A DNA stretch of 64,000 bases, taken from positions 4,620,483 to 4,684,482 of the forward strand of contig SMSO01000032.1 in the NCBI GenBank assembly GCA_004764695.1, in the 5' to 3' direction. The first letter of the stretch is position 1. Every line of letters begins with the position of its first letter. This document shows, piece after piece, positions 9,873-22,254 of this stretch. Made by a program: the position numbers and the translations under genes. A model generated the notes under the pieces. The model saw only the letters and a program-made list of their open reading frames with translations, was not told the origin of the DNA and did no database searches. This stretch comes from Schizochytrium sp. TIO01. Its lineage: Eukaryota; Protista; Bigyra: Labyrinthulomycetes.

Positions 9873-12194
9873 TACTGCTATGCTACTAGCCTGAATCCCC
9901 GGGGTGCGCTTTGCCTGGTAATTTTTTTTTGCAGTACTGTACAAATTTAGTGATGTTCAGTGAATGCTGCTGTACACAAACTTATTCTTCAGTTTAACCT
10001 GTTAGTCAAGTAAGACCTGTAATGGTTTTGTTCTTTTTCTTATTATTTACTAGCTTGATTCCTTCGTTGGGCAGACTCTTATCTCTCTTCTATTTGAGTG
10101 TTTAAAACCTTCATATGACAGACTTTCGACAGCTCGCACAAGATTGAGGTAGGCAGTTTTAAAATCTCTGCTATGTAGAGAAGGTGAACAAACAATCCTT
10201 AGTGGGTAGCATCATGCAATAGTAGAGAAAAGACAATAAGACCTAGCAGCGTCCGATGTGTCATTAATGAATTATTTATATGACACTACTTCCTAATCTA
10301 CTCATCTGCGAGTGTAGATAAACGTAGGAAAGGGGAGGCCGCTCGTTAGGTACAGCACGTTGCCCCCGCTTTGACAAAAAACCGCTTCTCTGAAGCTCTC
10401 AGCTTTCAGATTTATTCAGATGTACCCCTAGCGCGTTTGTTTAGTCATTAAAAAAAATAAAACCCAGTCATTGTGATTTCGGTATGAATTAAGCGACATT
10501 CTTGAACTTATATTTTACTCAACAAAATGAAGGCCAATGTACCAGCCTATTGAACGCAACACGGAGCTTCTCTTTTCTGCTCAAAACAAAAACTACAATG
10601 CGAGCGATGTGCAGGTCGTCATTTCCTTCGTTTTTCCTCTTCTGACAACGATCGCATTTCCATACCCAATGTTCAGCCTCGTGTTTTGCTCTTCCAGGCA
10701 TTATTTTGACTTGAATCTTTGCCCGAGTAAAAGGATTGAGAGCGGTTGTAATACTCCTTGTCACTAACTACGTTATGGTAGGCACTTACGTTGAAATGCA
10801 TATCCGCTTGTAGAATGTAATTTACCAAGCACCATCAACCAAGAAAAGCTCGGCCCTCCCTCTGCATCAATCAATGGCCACTCTCTACTGCATCAATGCG
10901 CCCCACTCCAACATGAAGACAGCAGCCTCTTCTCAATGCACCATCTCCAATTGCTCAAATTGCGCAACGGCCGCTAGTGCTATCGGTAGTGAAGCGTTAG
11001 TCCCTTCTAATTATCGAGTGAGTGGTTACCTCGCTCTCGAGAAGGATCGCATTACAGCTGACCTTTAATATAGGCACCACTGCCGCTCAGTTCGTAGTAT
11101 AACTAGCTGCGCTAATAAAAGATACGAACCACATAGCTATGTTTCTTTGTTGGACTTATCTTGTTCCCTTATTGATCGCACACTATCCTTGGGTATGGCG
11201 TCTACTATATGAAGAAATAAACAATCATTTCACTGATTGATTGTGAGCTTCCCTTGTTTCCTTCCTTGAACTTGATGTGACTACCAGATGAGGCTCGATG
11301 CGGATCTATTTTGTGTGGTACAGGAATGCCATATTTTCATAAGTTTGCGTTCGTGGGCTCTTGAGGACCTCCTGCATTTCGACTTTGTACCCAATGAATG
11401 AGCGAATGAAAGAAATCACATAAGGTAAAACCAAAAGAAATAAAAACAGAAGGAGTGCGAAGGTCTCACTATTACCTATTCATAGGTAACTATTACCAGT
11501 AGTTAGAAGCGTGAGGATAGAGGCAAGTAGCTATCCATGGTAAATTACGCCACTTCGTTTGTTTCACTTGTGTTTCATTTGTTGTACTTTGTACCTCAAA
11601 AATAGTCTATTTACGCTTGGTCAAATTTCTATTTATAGACGGAGGTAGCAAGCAGTAGTAGTGTCTTCAATCGCCCGTTCACTCATTCTCGTTCGTTTGT
11701 TGGATGAAAACAATTGATCGATTGATCGCTTTTTTCGCTGTTGTTGGTGGCGCAGATCGCCATCCCCTCCGCATCCATATTGGACGCGCCCGCGGAGGAG
11801 GAGGAGGAGGAGGAGGACCTCACTCAACAAGGGACTGGGCTGTCTGCCCGAAGAGGCTGTGCCCACGCAGCGCTCATCCGTATCCATTGGAGCCCACCCA
11901 CGTCGCCTTCCTTTGCGGCCTTGGTCAAGAGCATCGACAACTTGGACACAAAGTTGTGACTGTCACGACCATCACAACAGAACCATATCGAAAAGACTTT
12001 CGCCTTCGTTTGAGATTGTGAAAATCTACATTGACATTGAAGACGCTGTTGAGTTTAACTACCGCATCCGCACGTCTGTTTAGACCTGGTAGGAAAACAA
12101 CGCAAGGAGCTGCGTTAGCAAAATCGGCACCGGTGCTGGCACATCTAGAGAGCTAACGTTATCTTCTTCACCTTTGCGAAAATCTTTCGAGACA

Positions 12195-15100
12195 ATGTTG
12201 TCTTCTGCAGCATCGAACTCGATGGTATCGAGTGGCGCAAACGGCAGCAACGGCGGCGGTACTAGCGGCAACAACAATAGCGGCACCGAGCGCGACGACT
12301 TCGCGAGTCTGCAGAACACTTCTGCTGCCCTGGGAAAGTTTGCTTCAGATGCGAAGCAGAACGGCCAGGAGCAGTTGGAGCTCACGAGTCTACTCAAGAA
12401 TGCAGGCGGCAGTTCCGACACGCAGTACTACTACCTAGACAAATTTAGCAAATATCGTGTGCCCGGTGTGGGCTCCACGGTCAAGTGGCTTCCGGCCGTA
12501 GAGGCTGTCGACTGCTGTCCTATCCCTCGCGCCATCCGAACTCTCTACTCCCAGATTGAGTGCGAGATGTTTATGGGCATCTTTCATGAGATTAACCGTG
12601 CGTGGATCACTATTGACAACAAACTCTTCCTGTGGAACTACTACAAGGAGGACGACTTCTACGTCTATGAAGGAGTAGACCAGTTAATTGTCTCTGTGGG
12701 TCTTGCTCGTCCTCGTCCAGGTATCTTCGATGCTGATGTGCAGTATCTTATTGTCATCTCTACTCCCGTCGAGGTGCTGCTCTTGCAGCTCAAGATCATT
12801 GGCCACCCCGTTTATGGCGATATTGTTTTGGAGCCTACCGAGTATAACATGGCCACCGACAACGTTCCCATGCGCTCCATCGCCGGCACTAAGGATGGTC
12901 GTATCTTCATGGCAGGCCACGATGGCTCCCTCTACGAATTCGTATACGAAGCTCCCAGTGTGCTCCACTCCCTCGGTCTCAAGCGCCAGTGTAGGAAGGT
13001 GGAACTCTCCAGCGCAAGCTCTTGGCCCATCCCTGGATTCATTCGCAGTCTCGCAGGGTCCCCGGACCCTCTTGTACAGGTCCTCATTGATCACGAGCGC
13101 GGCTTGCTCTACACGCTTTCCGACCGCTCGGCTCTCTCGATGTATCGCCTCCAGTCTTCCTCGGGCGATGGCAAGAGTGGCAGCAGTGGCAATGGAGTGA
13201 CGGCTGTGGTGGGTTCGAAGGACCTGACTCCTTTGGTTCGCAGCTTTGTAAACAATCCGCGGCATCAAATCGGCCGCAGTGGCGTGCGCAAGACGGACGT
13301 GAGCGAGCCTCTGCGCATCGTTTCTCTAAACGTCGTGCGCAAACAGGAGAGTGAGTCCATTCACCTCGTCGCAGTCACTCATCTTGGCGTGCGTATCTTT
13401 ATTGCTACGCGCAAGGGAGACAAGGACGGAAGTGATTTCCTCGTGGAGCATGTCAGAGGGCCGCCCAACAAGGAAGAAACAGCTGTGGCGCAAAACGGGG
13501 CGAGCTTCGGCAGCGGCAGTGCAAACATCAGTGGTAGTGGAGCCGGGAATTCCCTGAGCACGAGTCTTCTTGCGCAGAGGGGTGTCAACGGGATGGCGAG
13601 GAGCCCTATGGAGCGTCTCACTGATGGTATTGGACCGGGATCAGAGACCTCGAGCGTTGTAGGAGCTGCTATGTACGCAGGCGGAGTGACGCTACTTGCG
13701 AAGATTGGTGAGAACCAAAGCCTCCCGGATCTCGTAAGCGCAGGAGCTGGGGGCAAAGACGGGTCATTGGGCGGAAGTGGAGGACAAGGGGGAAACCGCA
13801 ACGCGGAGTATACCCTCACGGCATTCTCCACGGACCTCGGCATGCGGCAAGCAGCAACATCTTCAGCAGCGGGACCGCAAGGAGGCTTGAACCAGAACAA
13901 TTACCATGGAATTCAAAACCAGCAGTTTCAACAACAACAGCACCCTAACTTTGGCGCGACCGCCCGCCAGAACGTTGGGCACAGTCCGATGCCAGCAGCG
14001 TTCCCGCCGTTGAGATGGAAACAGGAGACTTACCACGAAGTCGTTGACCTCGATGTTCTTGAACAGGGACCAGAACTGAGACCCTCAATGTCAGACCGCA
14101 CGGCTAGACGTCCGACTAGGTCATCGCCTGTGGGCCGCGTCTGGGCCATGTGTGAAGCAACTTTCGACCCGACCATGAGTGAGGATGAGGAGACTGTCTA
14201 TAACCACATGATGTGCGCTCCTGATCCGGTACCTGTGCGCAAGGCTGATGCTAGCGACAAGAATGGAGCTGGGGTCTCCAAGTCGTCGTCTCGTAGCACA
14301 GGTCCGGCTAGCATTGCTGGCAATAAACGCAAAACGCCAGATTCCTCGGTCACATCTAGTGGATGGGCTTCATCTTCTTCTTCGCGGCAGCAACGAAATG
14401 GAGTTCTTTCGCTCACAGAGCTGGCCAAGCAGCATATCATGCCGCGACGCTATTTTCTCGTGCTCACCTCACACGGGCTGTGGGTCCTAGTCAAGAATCA
14501 TCCTATCAACCAGCTGTATGCTCTCCTGCGCGGCCCAGACCCCGGCTCCAACGCCGACATCGAGGAGTTTTTTAAGCAATATGGTCTCGATGAGAGCTGT
14601 GCTATGTGCCTCGCAATTGCTTGCAAAACTGGATTTGCTGATAATAAGGACCAGAATGCTAAATCTGGCGCAGCTAATGACGACCCGAGCCCATTCGCAG
14701 ACAGTGGCGCATCTGACGATGCAACGCAAAACCAATGGATCTTTAGACGTGCAGCCCTCTGGTTTAGCCGCATTGGCTATGGAATTGCCAATCTTTCACC
14801 GGATGCCTCGTTCCCATCTCACCACCAGTCGCTGCCGTGCTTCATAAATGGCCCTGGTATGCCGCAAGGAGTACCTTCCGGTATGAATATGGGCCCTGGT
14901 GGTCCTCCTGGCGCCAATTCGTTTGCATTGGTGTCTCCTACCGTACGCCCCATGGATGCCGCAGGAAGCCTTCAGCATTCTGGTTGCTATATGGGAATTT
15001 GCCTGCATGCGACTCGTTTGTTGCGACCAATCTGGGAGTGGACAGTCACCGTTGGCGCAGAACAGATGTATAATGCATCTTCTGAAGAGCCGATTGTGCG

Positions 15101-17468
15101 CAGCCGCTTCTCACCTGAGCAAATTGCTATGCTTGTGCGCCCCTTGGCTCGCCTGAAACAGTTCCTTCTCAACCAACCACCATTTTCTGACGCCATTCGG
15201 GAGTACCAACATGCTCAAAACTCTGGAGGTATCCCTGTCAAGTTTGAGCAACAAGTCTCTGCCTGGGTTGCATCGGGTCGCATTGGCATGCCACGTGGAC
15301 CCAGCCCGCAATCTCTGGAAAACATTGAGATTGCACAGGTGTACTTGCTGGTGGATCGCACGATCCAAGCTCTGCTACTTCTCGACATTCTCCAGACTCT
15401 GCCCAGCATGCGTTTTGCGCGTCTGGTGCTTTACTTAGATAGTGAGTTGCGCTCGGAATTAGCTAGCATGACATGGAGCGAACTTGTTACATCAAAGCAA
15501 GGTAAGATTGTGGCCTGTGCTTTGGTGAAAACCTTTGTTGAGCACAGCTCACGGGCTGCTGCCCGTGAGCTAGTTGCTCGTCTGGAGCGCTTTTGCCCTG
15601 CATTCTTCTCAGAGGGAGATGCTTTACAGATCTCTGCATTTGAGAAGATTGTTGCCGCAGAACAAGCAAACTCCAATCAGGAGCGCAACGAGCACATTGA
15701 GGAGTCGGTCGAACGCCTACGCCGTGGCTTTCAAAAGATCGCACCATCAGAAGCTAACATCGAGGTCACCCAAGCAACGCTTCGTGATGCCTGCGCTAAA
15801 TTTGAGACCTTGGATCGACCGGATGCTGCAGTAGACCTCGCACTCTTTTGCGCAGAGTGCTTCGCGGGTCAGGGTATTGATGTCCTGCCCATGCCTGATT
15901 CTACACCTAGTTCTGGCATTCGCGAGTACTGCTACGACCGTGCAGTTCAAGTTCTCTCTCGCTACTTCTCAAAGGATGCCAAGTTTGTGTCACGTGCGGC
16001 GTCTCAGAATGGGTCCTCGCAAGCAAATGCAGAGCACATAGAAATGGCAATGCAAATTGCACTTGACTCTAAGGATGCTCTGTGGCACTTCACGCTTTAC
16101 GACTGGTTTCTGAGCAAGGGTTTCAAACAACTTCTGTTAGATGTGCGCTCGCCGTTCATTGTACAGTTTCTTGGCGATGCAGTTGCTAACAACCCGCGCA
16201 AAGCTGGGTCAGGCATTTATGAGAAACCGTTTCATCGTGACATGCACCTGCTCCTGCAGGTCGAATGGTTTGCTCGTCATCAAGAGTTTACCCGTGCTTC
16301 TGAGGTTGTGCAGGGTCTGGCGAAGTTGGACGTTCGCCAGCACCTCACGGACAGTAGCGGTGCTTCATCCAGCGAGATCCAGCACGCGCAGCGGGATACA
16401 ATGCAGATAAGCACTAAGGACAGTGGCAACACAGATTCTGTAATGCAACCGCCTAATTTGGATCAGCGCATCAAATACTTCAACATGGCTCTGACTTACG
16501 GTAAGGCTGCCCAAGGTGTTGCGCATACCGGTCGGGGGCTCGATGTGTCCTATCTTAAGGACCAGCTTGATGTTGTGGAGCTCCAGCGTGTTGTGTTTTT
16601 CCAGCTGGAAGAGAGCACACATATTTTGGAGCAACAAAAATTCGGTGAGACGAAAAGCGACGAAAGAAGAGCTTGGGCTCAGGAAATACAAGCCCGTCGC
16701 CAAGCTCTTGAAACTTTAACTTGGACTCTCGTCGACTCAAGTGACCTCTACAATGAGTACGCGTTTCGCTTTGAATTATGGGAATCCTGCATTCGCATTA
16801 TGCAAGTGTGCGACTACCGCGATATCGAGGAGTTGCAGACTGTGTATAAGAACATTATCCGCGCATGTATTGCTAACGCTCGATTCAATTCTTCCAAGAT
16901 CCCTCCTATGCACGATCTCGTCCCTTCGTTGAGATCTTGCATCTTGGACCTTGGCCGTAAATTCTATATTGACGGAGCCCCCTCCTCGTTTGCCTTTCCT
17001 CATGAATACTTGATTCAGGGTCTGGAAGATTTGACTACCTTTCACGAAGCTGGAGAATTGTCTAGTATTTACAAAGGGGGTGAATGGGACCCTTGGGTAG
17101 TGAAGGTAATGTTGGAGGTTGGAGTTTCCTCTTCTGAACTTCTTGAAGCTTACGCAAACTACAACAAGAAGATCAATAATCCTAACGCACACCCTATTGG
17201 ATTGTCATTCCTTCCCGGTGAGGAAGATGATCAAGGCTGGTACTCAGACCGCTCAAAGTTGCACGTCTCAAGCGCCATTGTAGCACTTATTTCACACTTT
17301 TGTAGCCAGCCAGAGGCAAGGATACTCTCAGATCCTCGCGTTCGTGATCTTTTAGAAAATCTCCGTGCCATTGTTGGTGGTCTCCATGCTGATGATATTC
17401 AGCCCGAGACTCGTTCAAGGGTCAACCAGCAAATTTCCCAACTTATCAGCGAAATTCATAACAACTAA
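12195..17468 (+). CDS. NUP155: Nucleoporin Nup155/Nup170
   Basis: MGIFHEINRAWITIDNKLFLWNY, VGLARPRPGIF, TKDGRIFMAGHDGSLYEFVY, RLLRPIWE, CPAFFS, LYNEYA..FELWE. The first ATG is at 12195 (the track start 12174 is TTG). Confidence 0.95.
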   Translation: MLSSAASNSMVSSGANGSNGGGTSGNNNSGTERDDFASLQNTSAALGKFASDAKQNGQEQLELTSLLKNAGGSSDTQYYYLDKFSKYRVPGVGSTVKWLPAVEAVDCCPIPRAIRTLYSQIECEMFMGIFHEINRAWITIDNKLFLWNYYKEDDFYVYEGVDQLIVSVGLARPRPGIFDADVQYLIVISTPVEVLLLQLKIIGHPVYGDIVLEPTEYNMATDNVPMRSIAGTKDGRIFMAGHDGSLYEFVYEAPSVLHSLGLKRQCRKVELSSASSWPIPGFIRSLAGSPDPLVQVLIDHERGLLYTLSDRSALSMYRLQSSSGDGKSGSSGNGVTAVVGSKDLTPLVRSFVNNPRHQIGRSGVRKTDVSEPLRIVSLNVVRKQESESIHLVAVTHLGVRIFIATRKGDKDGSDFLVEHVRGPPNKEETAVAQNGASFGSGSANISGSGAGNSLSTSLLAQRGVNGMARSPMERLTDGIGPGSETSSVVGAAMYAGGVTLLAKIGENQSLPDLVSAGAGGKDGSLGGSGGQGGNRNAEYTLTAFSTDLGMRQAATSSAAGPQGGLNQNNYHGIQNQQFQQQQHPNFGATARQNVGHSPMPAAFPPLRWKQETYHEVVDLDVLEQGPELRPSMSDRTARRPTRSSPVGRVWAMCEATFDPTMSEDEETVYNHMMCAPDPVPVRKADASDKNGAGVSKSSSRSTGPASIAGNKRKTPDSSVTSSGWASSSSSRQQRNGVLSLTELAKQHIMPRRYFLVLTSHGLWVLVKNHPINQLYALLRGPDPGSNADIEEFFKQYGLDESCAMCLAIACKTGFADNKDQNAKSGAANDDPSPFADSGASDDATQNQWIFRRAALWFSRIGYGIANLSPDASFPSHHQSLPCFINGPGMPQGVPSGMNMGPGGPPGANSFALVSPTVRPMDAAGSLQHSGCYMGICLHATRLLRPIWEWTVTVGAEQMYNASSEEPIVRSRFSPEQIAMLVRPLARLKQFLLNQPPFSDAIREYQHAQNSGGIPVKFEQQVSAWVASGRIGMPRGPSPQSLENIEIAQVYLLVDRTIQALLLLDILQTLPSMRFARLVLYLDSELRSELASMTWSELVTSKQGKIVACALVKTFVEHSSRAAARELVARLERFCPAFFSEGDALQISAFEKIVAAEQANSNQERNEHIEESVERLRRGFQKIAPSEANIEVTQATLRDACAKFETLDRPDAAVDLALFCAECFAGQGIDVLPMPDSTPSSGIREYCYDRAVQVLSRYFSKDAKFVSRAASQNGSSQANAEHIEMAMQIALDSKDALWHFTLYDWFLSKGFKQLLLDVRSPFIVQFLGDAVANNPRKAGSGIYEKPFHRDMHLLLQVEWFARHQEFTRASEVVQGLAKLDVRQHLTDSSGASSSEIQHAQRDTMQISTKDSGNTDSVMQPPNLDQRIKYFNMALTYGKAAQGVAHTGRGLDVSYLKDQLDVVELQRVVFFQLEESTHILEQQKFGETKSDERRAWAQEIQARRQALETLTWTLVDSSDLYNEYAFRFELWESCIRIMQVCDYRDIEELQTVYKNIIRACIANARFNSSKIPPMHDLVPSLRSCILDLGRKFYIDGAPSSFAFPHEYLIQGLEDLTTFHEAGELSSIYKGGEWDPWVVKVMLEVGVSSSELLEAYANYNKKINNPNAHPIGLSFLPGEEDDQGWYSDRSKLHVSSAIVALISHFCSQPEARILSDPRVRDLLENLRAIVGGLHADDIQPETRSRVNQQISQLISEIHNN

Positions 17469-17857
17469 TTTAGTCTTTACTGCTTTGAAAAATAAAGTTT
17501 CATACTTTGTTCACCATCCTCTATACCCTTTGATAAAGAGAACATTAAAAAAACAATGTAAGCACTTTGACCCAAAGAGTACTGCATAAAAATAACTTGG
17601 AACTTCGCCCATTGCAGAATAACGACTTCTATGGTATATTTACTATCTAGATTAACGAATCTTCGTGGTATATTATAGTTTTGGAATGCCTCTTCGTCGC
17701 ATTTAAGGACATCTGAAAATAGTTGAGGTGAAGTTTACACATCGTAATTGTGAGGATTCTTCTTTTTATTATTATTTAAATATCTACACGTACCTGCGGT
17801 CTTGACGGATACGGGAAAATGTCACTCCATTGGACAGTGGGGGGGGGGTGTTGTTGT

Positions 17858-18604
17858 TTACATGCGCGGAGGTACAACATGAATGGGAAGGACTGGCGGC
17901 GGCATGCCGCTAAAATTGGGAAAAGGTTTGGTATGTTTCTTTTTCAGCACGACTTGAGCATTTGACTCGATACCAGTGAGGGTGATAGTGATGCCAGCAC
18001 GAAGCGTTGTTGCATCATCAAATTCGTCGAGTTTCTGCTCAGAAACTTCAGCTTGAACGTAAGACCCTGTCGTGATATCTGTAGTCTTAGCATTATCATC
18101 CTGGATGATGAAGATGACTTCAGTTTGGGAGATTTGTTGCTGCTCTTGAACAGGTTTTAACGTCAAAATGTCTTGAGGCTGAACCTTGGGCTGCACTACC
18201 TCATTCTTTTCCGTGCCAGAACCGAGACATAGGTTTCGCTTAGTTACCGAGTTGCGATGGGTAGTCGGACATGTCTTATGGACAAAGGACTCTGTGGCAC
18301 GAGCCCAGATGGGTACCCTCCTGTTGTTGTCACGGGTTTCACGGCGCTGCTTCAGTTTAGCAGATTGAAGATTCTGGCGCTTTTCCACCAATGTTTCGAG
18401 CGGACACCCATAAAATCTCTTGAGATTGAGGGGACCTCCAGAAGGTTGATGGTTTGCGCTACCCCGCTTGTCTGCTCGAGCCTTAACGCGAATACCACCG
18501 TTGCTGAATTCCGGAACTAAGTCGCGGACAGGCATACGCGGGTCGATAGACATCAAGCTAAGCTTGCGAACAGTCGTGCGTCTTTCGATGGAGCGTTCAC
18601 CCAT
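17858..18604 (-). CDS. Hypothetical protein (~248 aa)
   Basis: Long ORF with first ATG at 18604 and a TATA box upstream. No recognisable domain. Confidence 0.55.
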   Translation of the reverse strand: MGERSIERRTTVRKLSLMSIDPRMPVRDLVPEFSNGGIRVKARADKRGSANHQPSGGPLNLKRFYGCPLETLVEKRQNLQSAKLKQRRETRDNNRRVPIWARATESFVHKTCPTTHRNSVTKRNLCLGSGTEKNEVVQPKVQPQDILTLKPVQEQQQISQTEVIFIIQDDNAKTTDITTGSYVQAEVSEQKLDEFDDATTLRAGITITLTGIESNAQVVLKKKHTKPFPNFSGMPPPVLPIHVVPPRM

Positions 18605-18883
18605 GATGGATATTGTTGCGAAATGAAAAAAAGTGGAAAGGAGAGTGTAGAGTATCGAGACTTTACACGAGGTCAAGGATAACTCGATAGCTGTTTAGAT
18701 TTGGCTTTGCTGCTTTGCTGCTTTGCTAAGTGCAGGGATGATTTCGAATGCTTGCTTGGAGGTTGCTTGAATCCTAAGTATGGAACTCTGGTTTTGCTGA
18801 CGTTTTGGTTTTGCTGGAATTCGAATTTGCGTGTTTGAGGCTTGGCCTTTGACTTTCCAAAGACTCTAAACGAACTTAACATG

Positions 18884-18892
18884 TTTTATATA
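18884..18892 (-). promoter_or_regulatory. Putative TATA box (TATATAAAA)
   Basis: Lies ~280 nt upstream of ATG 18604. Confidence 0.4.
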
Positions 18893-21885
18893 CCCTTGGA
18901 TTGAAATGGATTTTGTTGTTTTCTGTGCTAACTATGTTGCAGCTTGTAGTATACAATAGGAAAGACTTACGCAAGACCATGGCGTTACAATGACTTTTAG
19001 TTTCTCGAGGGGAAAAAATGTTCCTTTTCTTAAAGGGAAGCTGAGAAGTATCATAAGAGCTGGGGTTCTAAGAGCCACAAATACTCGCGAGCTTAAATGG
19101 AAGCATATGAGGATATGAATGTGTCTGATCATCTGTGATTAGAAGTTATGATACTGTAACGAAATCTATTTTTCTTGAGATTGGCTTGCAGTCATGCAAC
19201 CGCTCTAAACAAACACGTTACATAATCTATTTCAACAGATTTTCATGAACATTGCAATAAAATCGTATTGCTTCTCTTTTGACCCTTTATACACTATCCG
19301 ATTATATGTTATTCTATAAAATGAAAGAAGCTCTTTAGAATTAACTCTTTAATTAAAAGGTTCGGAAAAAATTGAAAGCTCATGGGACAGCAATAACTTA
19401 AGTATATATTTATCATCATAAATTCCACTTTTAAAACTCATCATAATCCAGAGTGAGGGCATTCAAATTATTAAACACCATTTGAATTGTGATTCTATTT
19501 TTCACATAACATTCAAAGCGTCAACCCAAGTTTATTTTGTTTTAATCAGAAGAGGTTAGCTCTTACTCCTAAATGCCACTATCTATGTATCATTTTTCCT
19601 TAAACCCTCCATGCAAACTACAGCGAAAAAGATCTACATCAATTTCACGTACATCTTGGACTCTCTATTTTTAAATTAGAGAAAATAAGAATTCTGATTA
19701 TATGCAGATATATGGAAGCAACTAACTTTAACGCTTTTTTCGTAATATGTTGAATCAAATTGGCGAATAGGAGGAATCAAAGGACATAGACAAATGTTAA
19801 TAAGGTTAAAGTCGAATTTATTATGACGAATATCGTAACATGAAACAGTTAAATCAAGATCTATTTCATTGCAACAACTCTTTTTCTCAAAGTTGATTTT
19901 TGCAGAGCTGCCCCTTTTACATGTTTACTTTTTTGTATTATTTTAATGTTGTCTCCCCTGAGATCCCAGACGTTTTTCTTGTTTAACTGATAAGCAAGTT
20001 TGCGAGAGCCAAACTTGTTTCCTCCCTGGGACTAGAAGAATGCCTTCAGGTTCATTAATAGTGGAAATAAGTCATTGTCGGTTTTTACCTGTTACTTTTA
20101 CTTGTCACTTGATAGTCGTTACTCGTTACTTGTTACTTGTTACTTGTTACTTGCTATGCATCATCGACGAACAATATCTGTATGATACTTTAACAACCGA
20201 ACTACTCACAAATTGACGTGCGGGCGAGAGAGTTTTCGGTAACAACTTGGGTCACAGCCACTATACTATAGCCAGGTGATTTGGAAAGGAACTGAACATG
20301 CCATATTATTCTTCAAAGCTAAGACTAGCAAAAGCGAAACAGTTCGTATCGATCGGGAAAATAAATTTTAATTTTTGGTTATTAGGTTGCAACGCAGTTT
20401 TCCTTTTTTGCTTCTATTGCGTTCAAAAGGAAGAGAACTTATCTCCGTAGTTTGTATAATACTTATATACTATAATTGACAAACTCTGGGATGTATTTCT
20501 CTGGTAGCAATTCAGGTCATGTGTAAATTGCAGCTTCATTAAAAATTCTGGCACTTAATCTCGTTGCCTAAACAAGTTCAATATCTTCACCACGCTGTCA
20601 ATTTTTTCACCTGCTCGTGGAGTACGTTAAGAAGAAGTGCTCGTCCCATGCGAGCAGATTATTCCTGGAGACTTATTAAAAAAAAGTAGTAGCTTGAGCA
20701 GCTGAATCGCTGGACCATAATTTGTATTTGACACGCTGGTCTTGTCCAGCAAAAATATTTTGTCTTCTAATTTTAATTTTCCGTTTGCTTTAAAGTTAAA
20801 TAGAAGAGTAAGACCCTCCTCAGGAAGGTGACTCGTACCACCATGGTAACAAAGGTGAAATCTCTACACCCTCTTCCGGTTCGGCATTCTTTTCTTATCA
20901 GTGAGAAAATTACTTATGAAACAAGCCTCAACTACACTTAATTGTGAAGAAATTCTATGGCTAGCAGATGCCCCTGAAAGTACATCATAAGAAGGGAAGT
21001 TTGTGCACTGTTCAAGAAGGTGCCAACCAATAGACCATTAAAGAAGCATGAAGTTATGAAGTTGGCGAATGACAGAATAATTTGGATAGCGTCCTCACGT
21101 GTATCCACAGTTCTTGCTACCATTATTATAATATTACTCAGCGAAATAAAGCATGATTAAACAAAGGATGTTCGAGCTTGCCAATGAGTAACATTCGTAG
21201 GAACCGAGTCCTTTCTAATCAGAAATGTCAAAGGCTACTTTGTCATGCACAACATGATATGAATAAATGTCAACCTTTTCAGGTGCATCTGTGCGGTTGC
21301 TTCCCTCATAATTCTTGTAGGATACTCATGACTTCTACAAATGTCAGGATGACCGAAAGTCCATTACATAAACGCCGACAGCAACTACTTAATTCCAATA
21401 CTTTTCGCTGAGAAAGAAAGCAGTATCCCTTTTCAGTACTTTTTGCAATCTGAGAAACACATGTTTCCAATATAATATTGTCGGTTTTGGAGTATAGAGA
21501 TAAAGGTTTGTGGTTATTTACGGGTCGAAGTTGAAACTAAATTTAGAATTTACCCGCTTGTTCTCTCATCGTGCGAACACCTCAACCATAAATACCGCCA
21601 ATGAGTATTCGAGGTTCCAGATTTATTCTGGACATAAGTTCTAACGAAAAAACGCATCAACTTAAAAAATCATTATTCTAAAATTACGTAATTCATGTAA
21701 AAAAGATATTTCGATTTTCTTATCAGCAGATTTTGAGAATAGCTAGACCTTCCTTGAAATATGAGGCTGTAGAAAGCTTAGAGATTATAAACAAAAACAA
21801 AGAACCAAAAAGATGAAAGTTATGATATTCATTTGAATATTGTATATATCCGTTTGAGGTAACTCCAAACTCAACAAGTTAAAAT

Positions 21886-21959
21886 GTCTCCGTGGCCAAG
21901 TTGGATAAGGTGCCTGACTACGAATCAGGAGATCGTGGGTTCAAGTCCCGCCGGAGATT
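21886..21959 (+). tRNA. tRNA-Arg(ACG)
   Basis: Acceptor stem GTCTCCG/CGGAGAT; anticodon arm CCTGA-CT ACG AA-TCAGG; T arm GTGGG-TTCAAGT-CCCGC; A20 present; T5 run just downstream. Confidence 0.97.
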
Positions 21960-22254
21960 AAATTTTTCAATGCAAATAGAAAGTTGAGAAACTTTCACCA
22001 TGTTTTTTTTTGTTGTTGTTGTTACAAAAAATATCTATACTTGTTACTTTTTTATCTGTTTATATAACTACGCATAAATAGGTCCTAAACATTTTTTAAT
22101 TTTTAATTTTTTTTTTTAAAATTAATATCTTAATGAAAGAAAGAAAAAAAAAAACTAATTTCAAAATAGACTCCAAACCAAACACTCAAATGATTTCAAT
22201 CTTTTAGATTGGACCCAAACTATCGAAAACTTGGGGACTAACCTATAAAACTTG

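Noticed and set aside
11633-12083. Short ORFs upstream of NUP155 as extra exons
   Set aside because: No clear splice signals, and Nup155 already has a plausible start at 12195.
22238-22245. CTAACCTA as a TTAGG telomerase template
   Set aside because: An 8-mer is expected by chance in 64 kb; it lies outside the closing helix and overlaps a TATA box.
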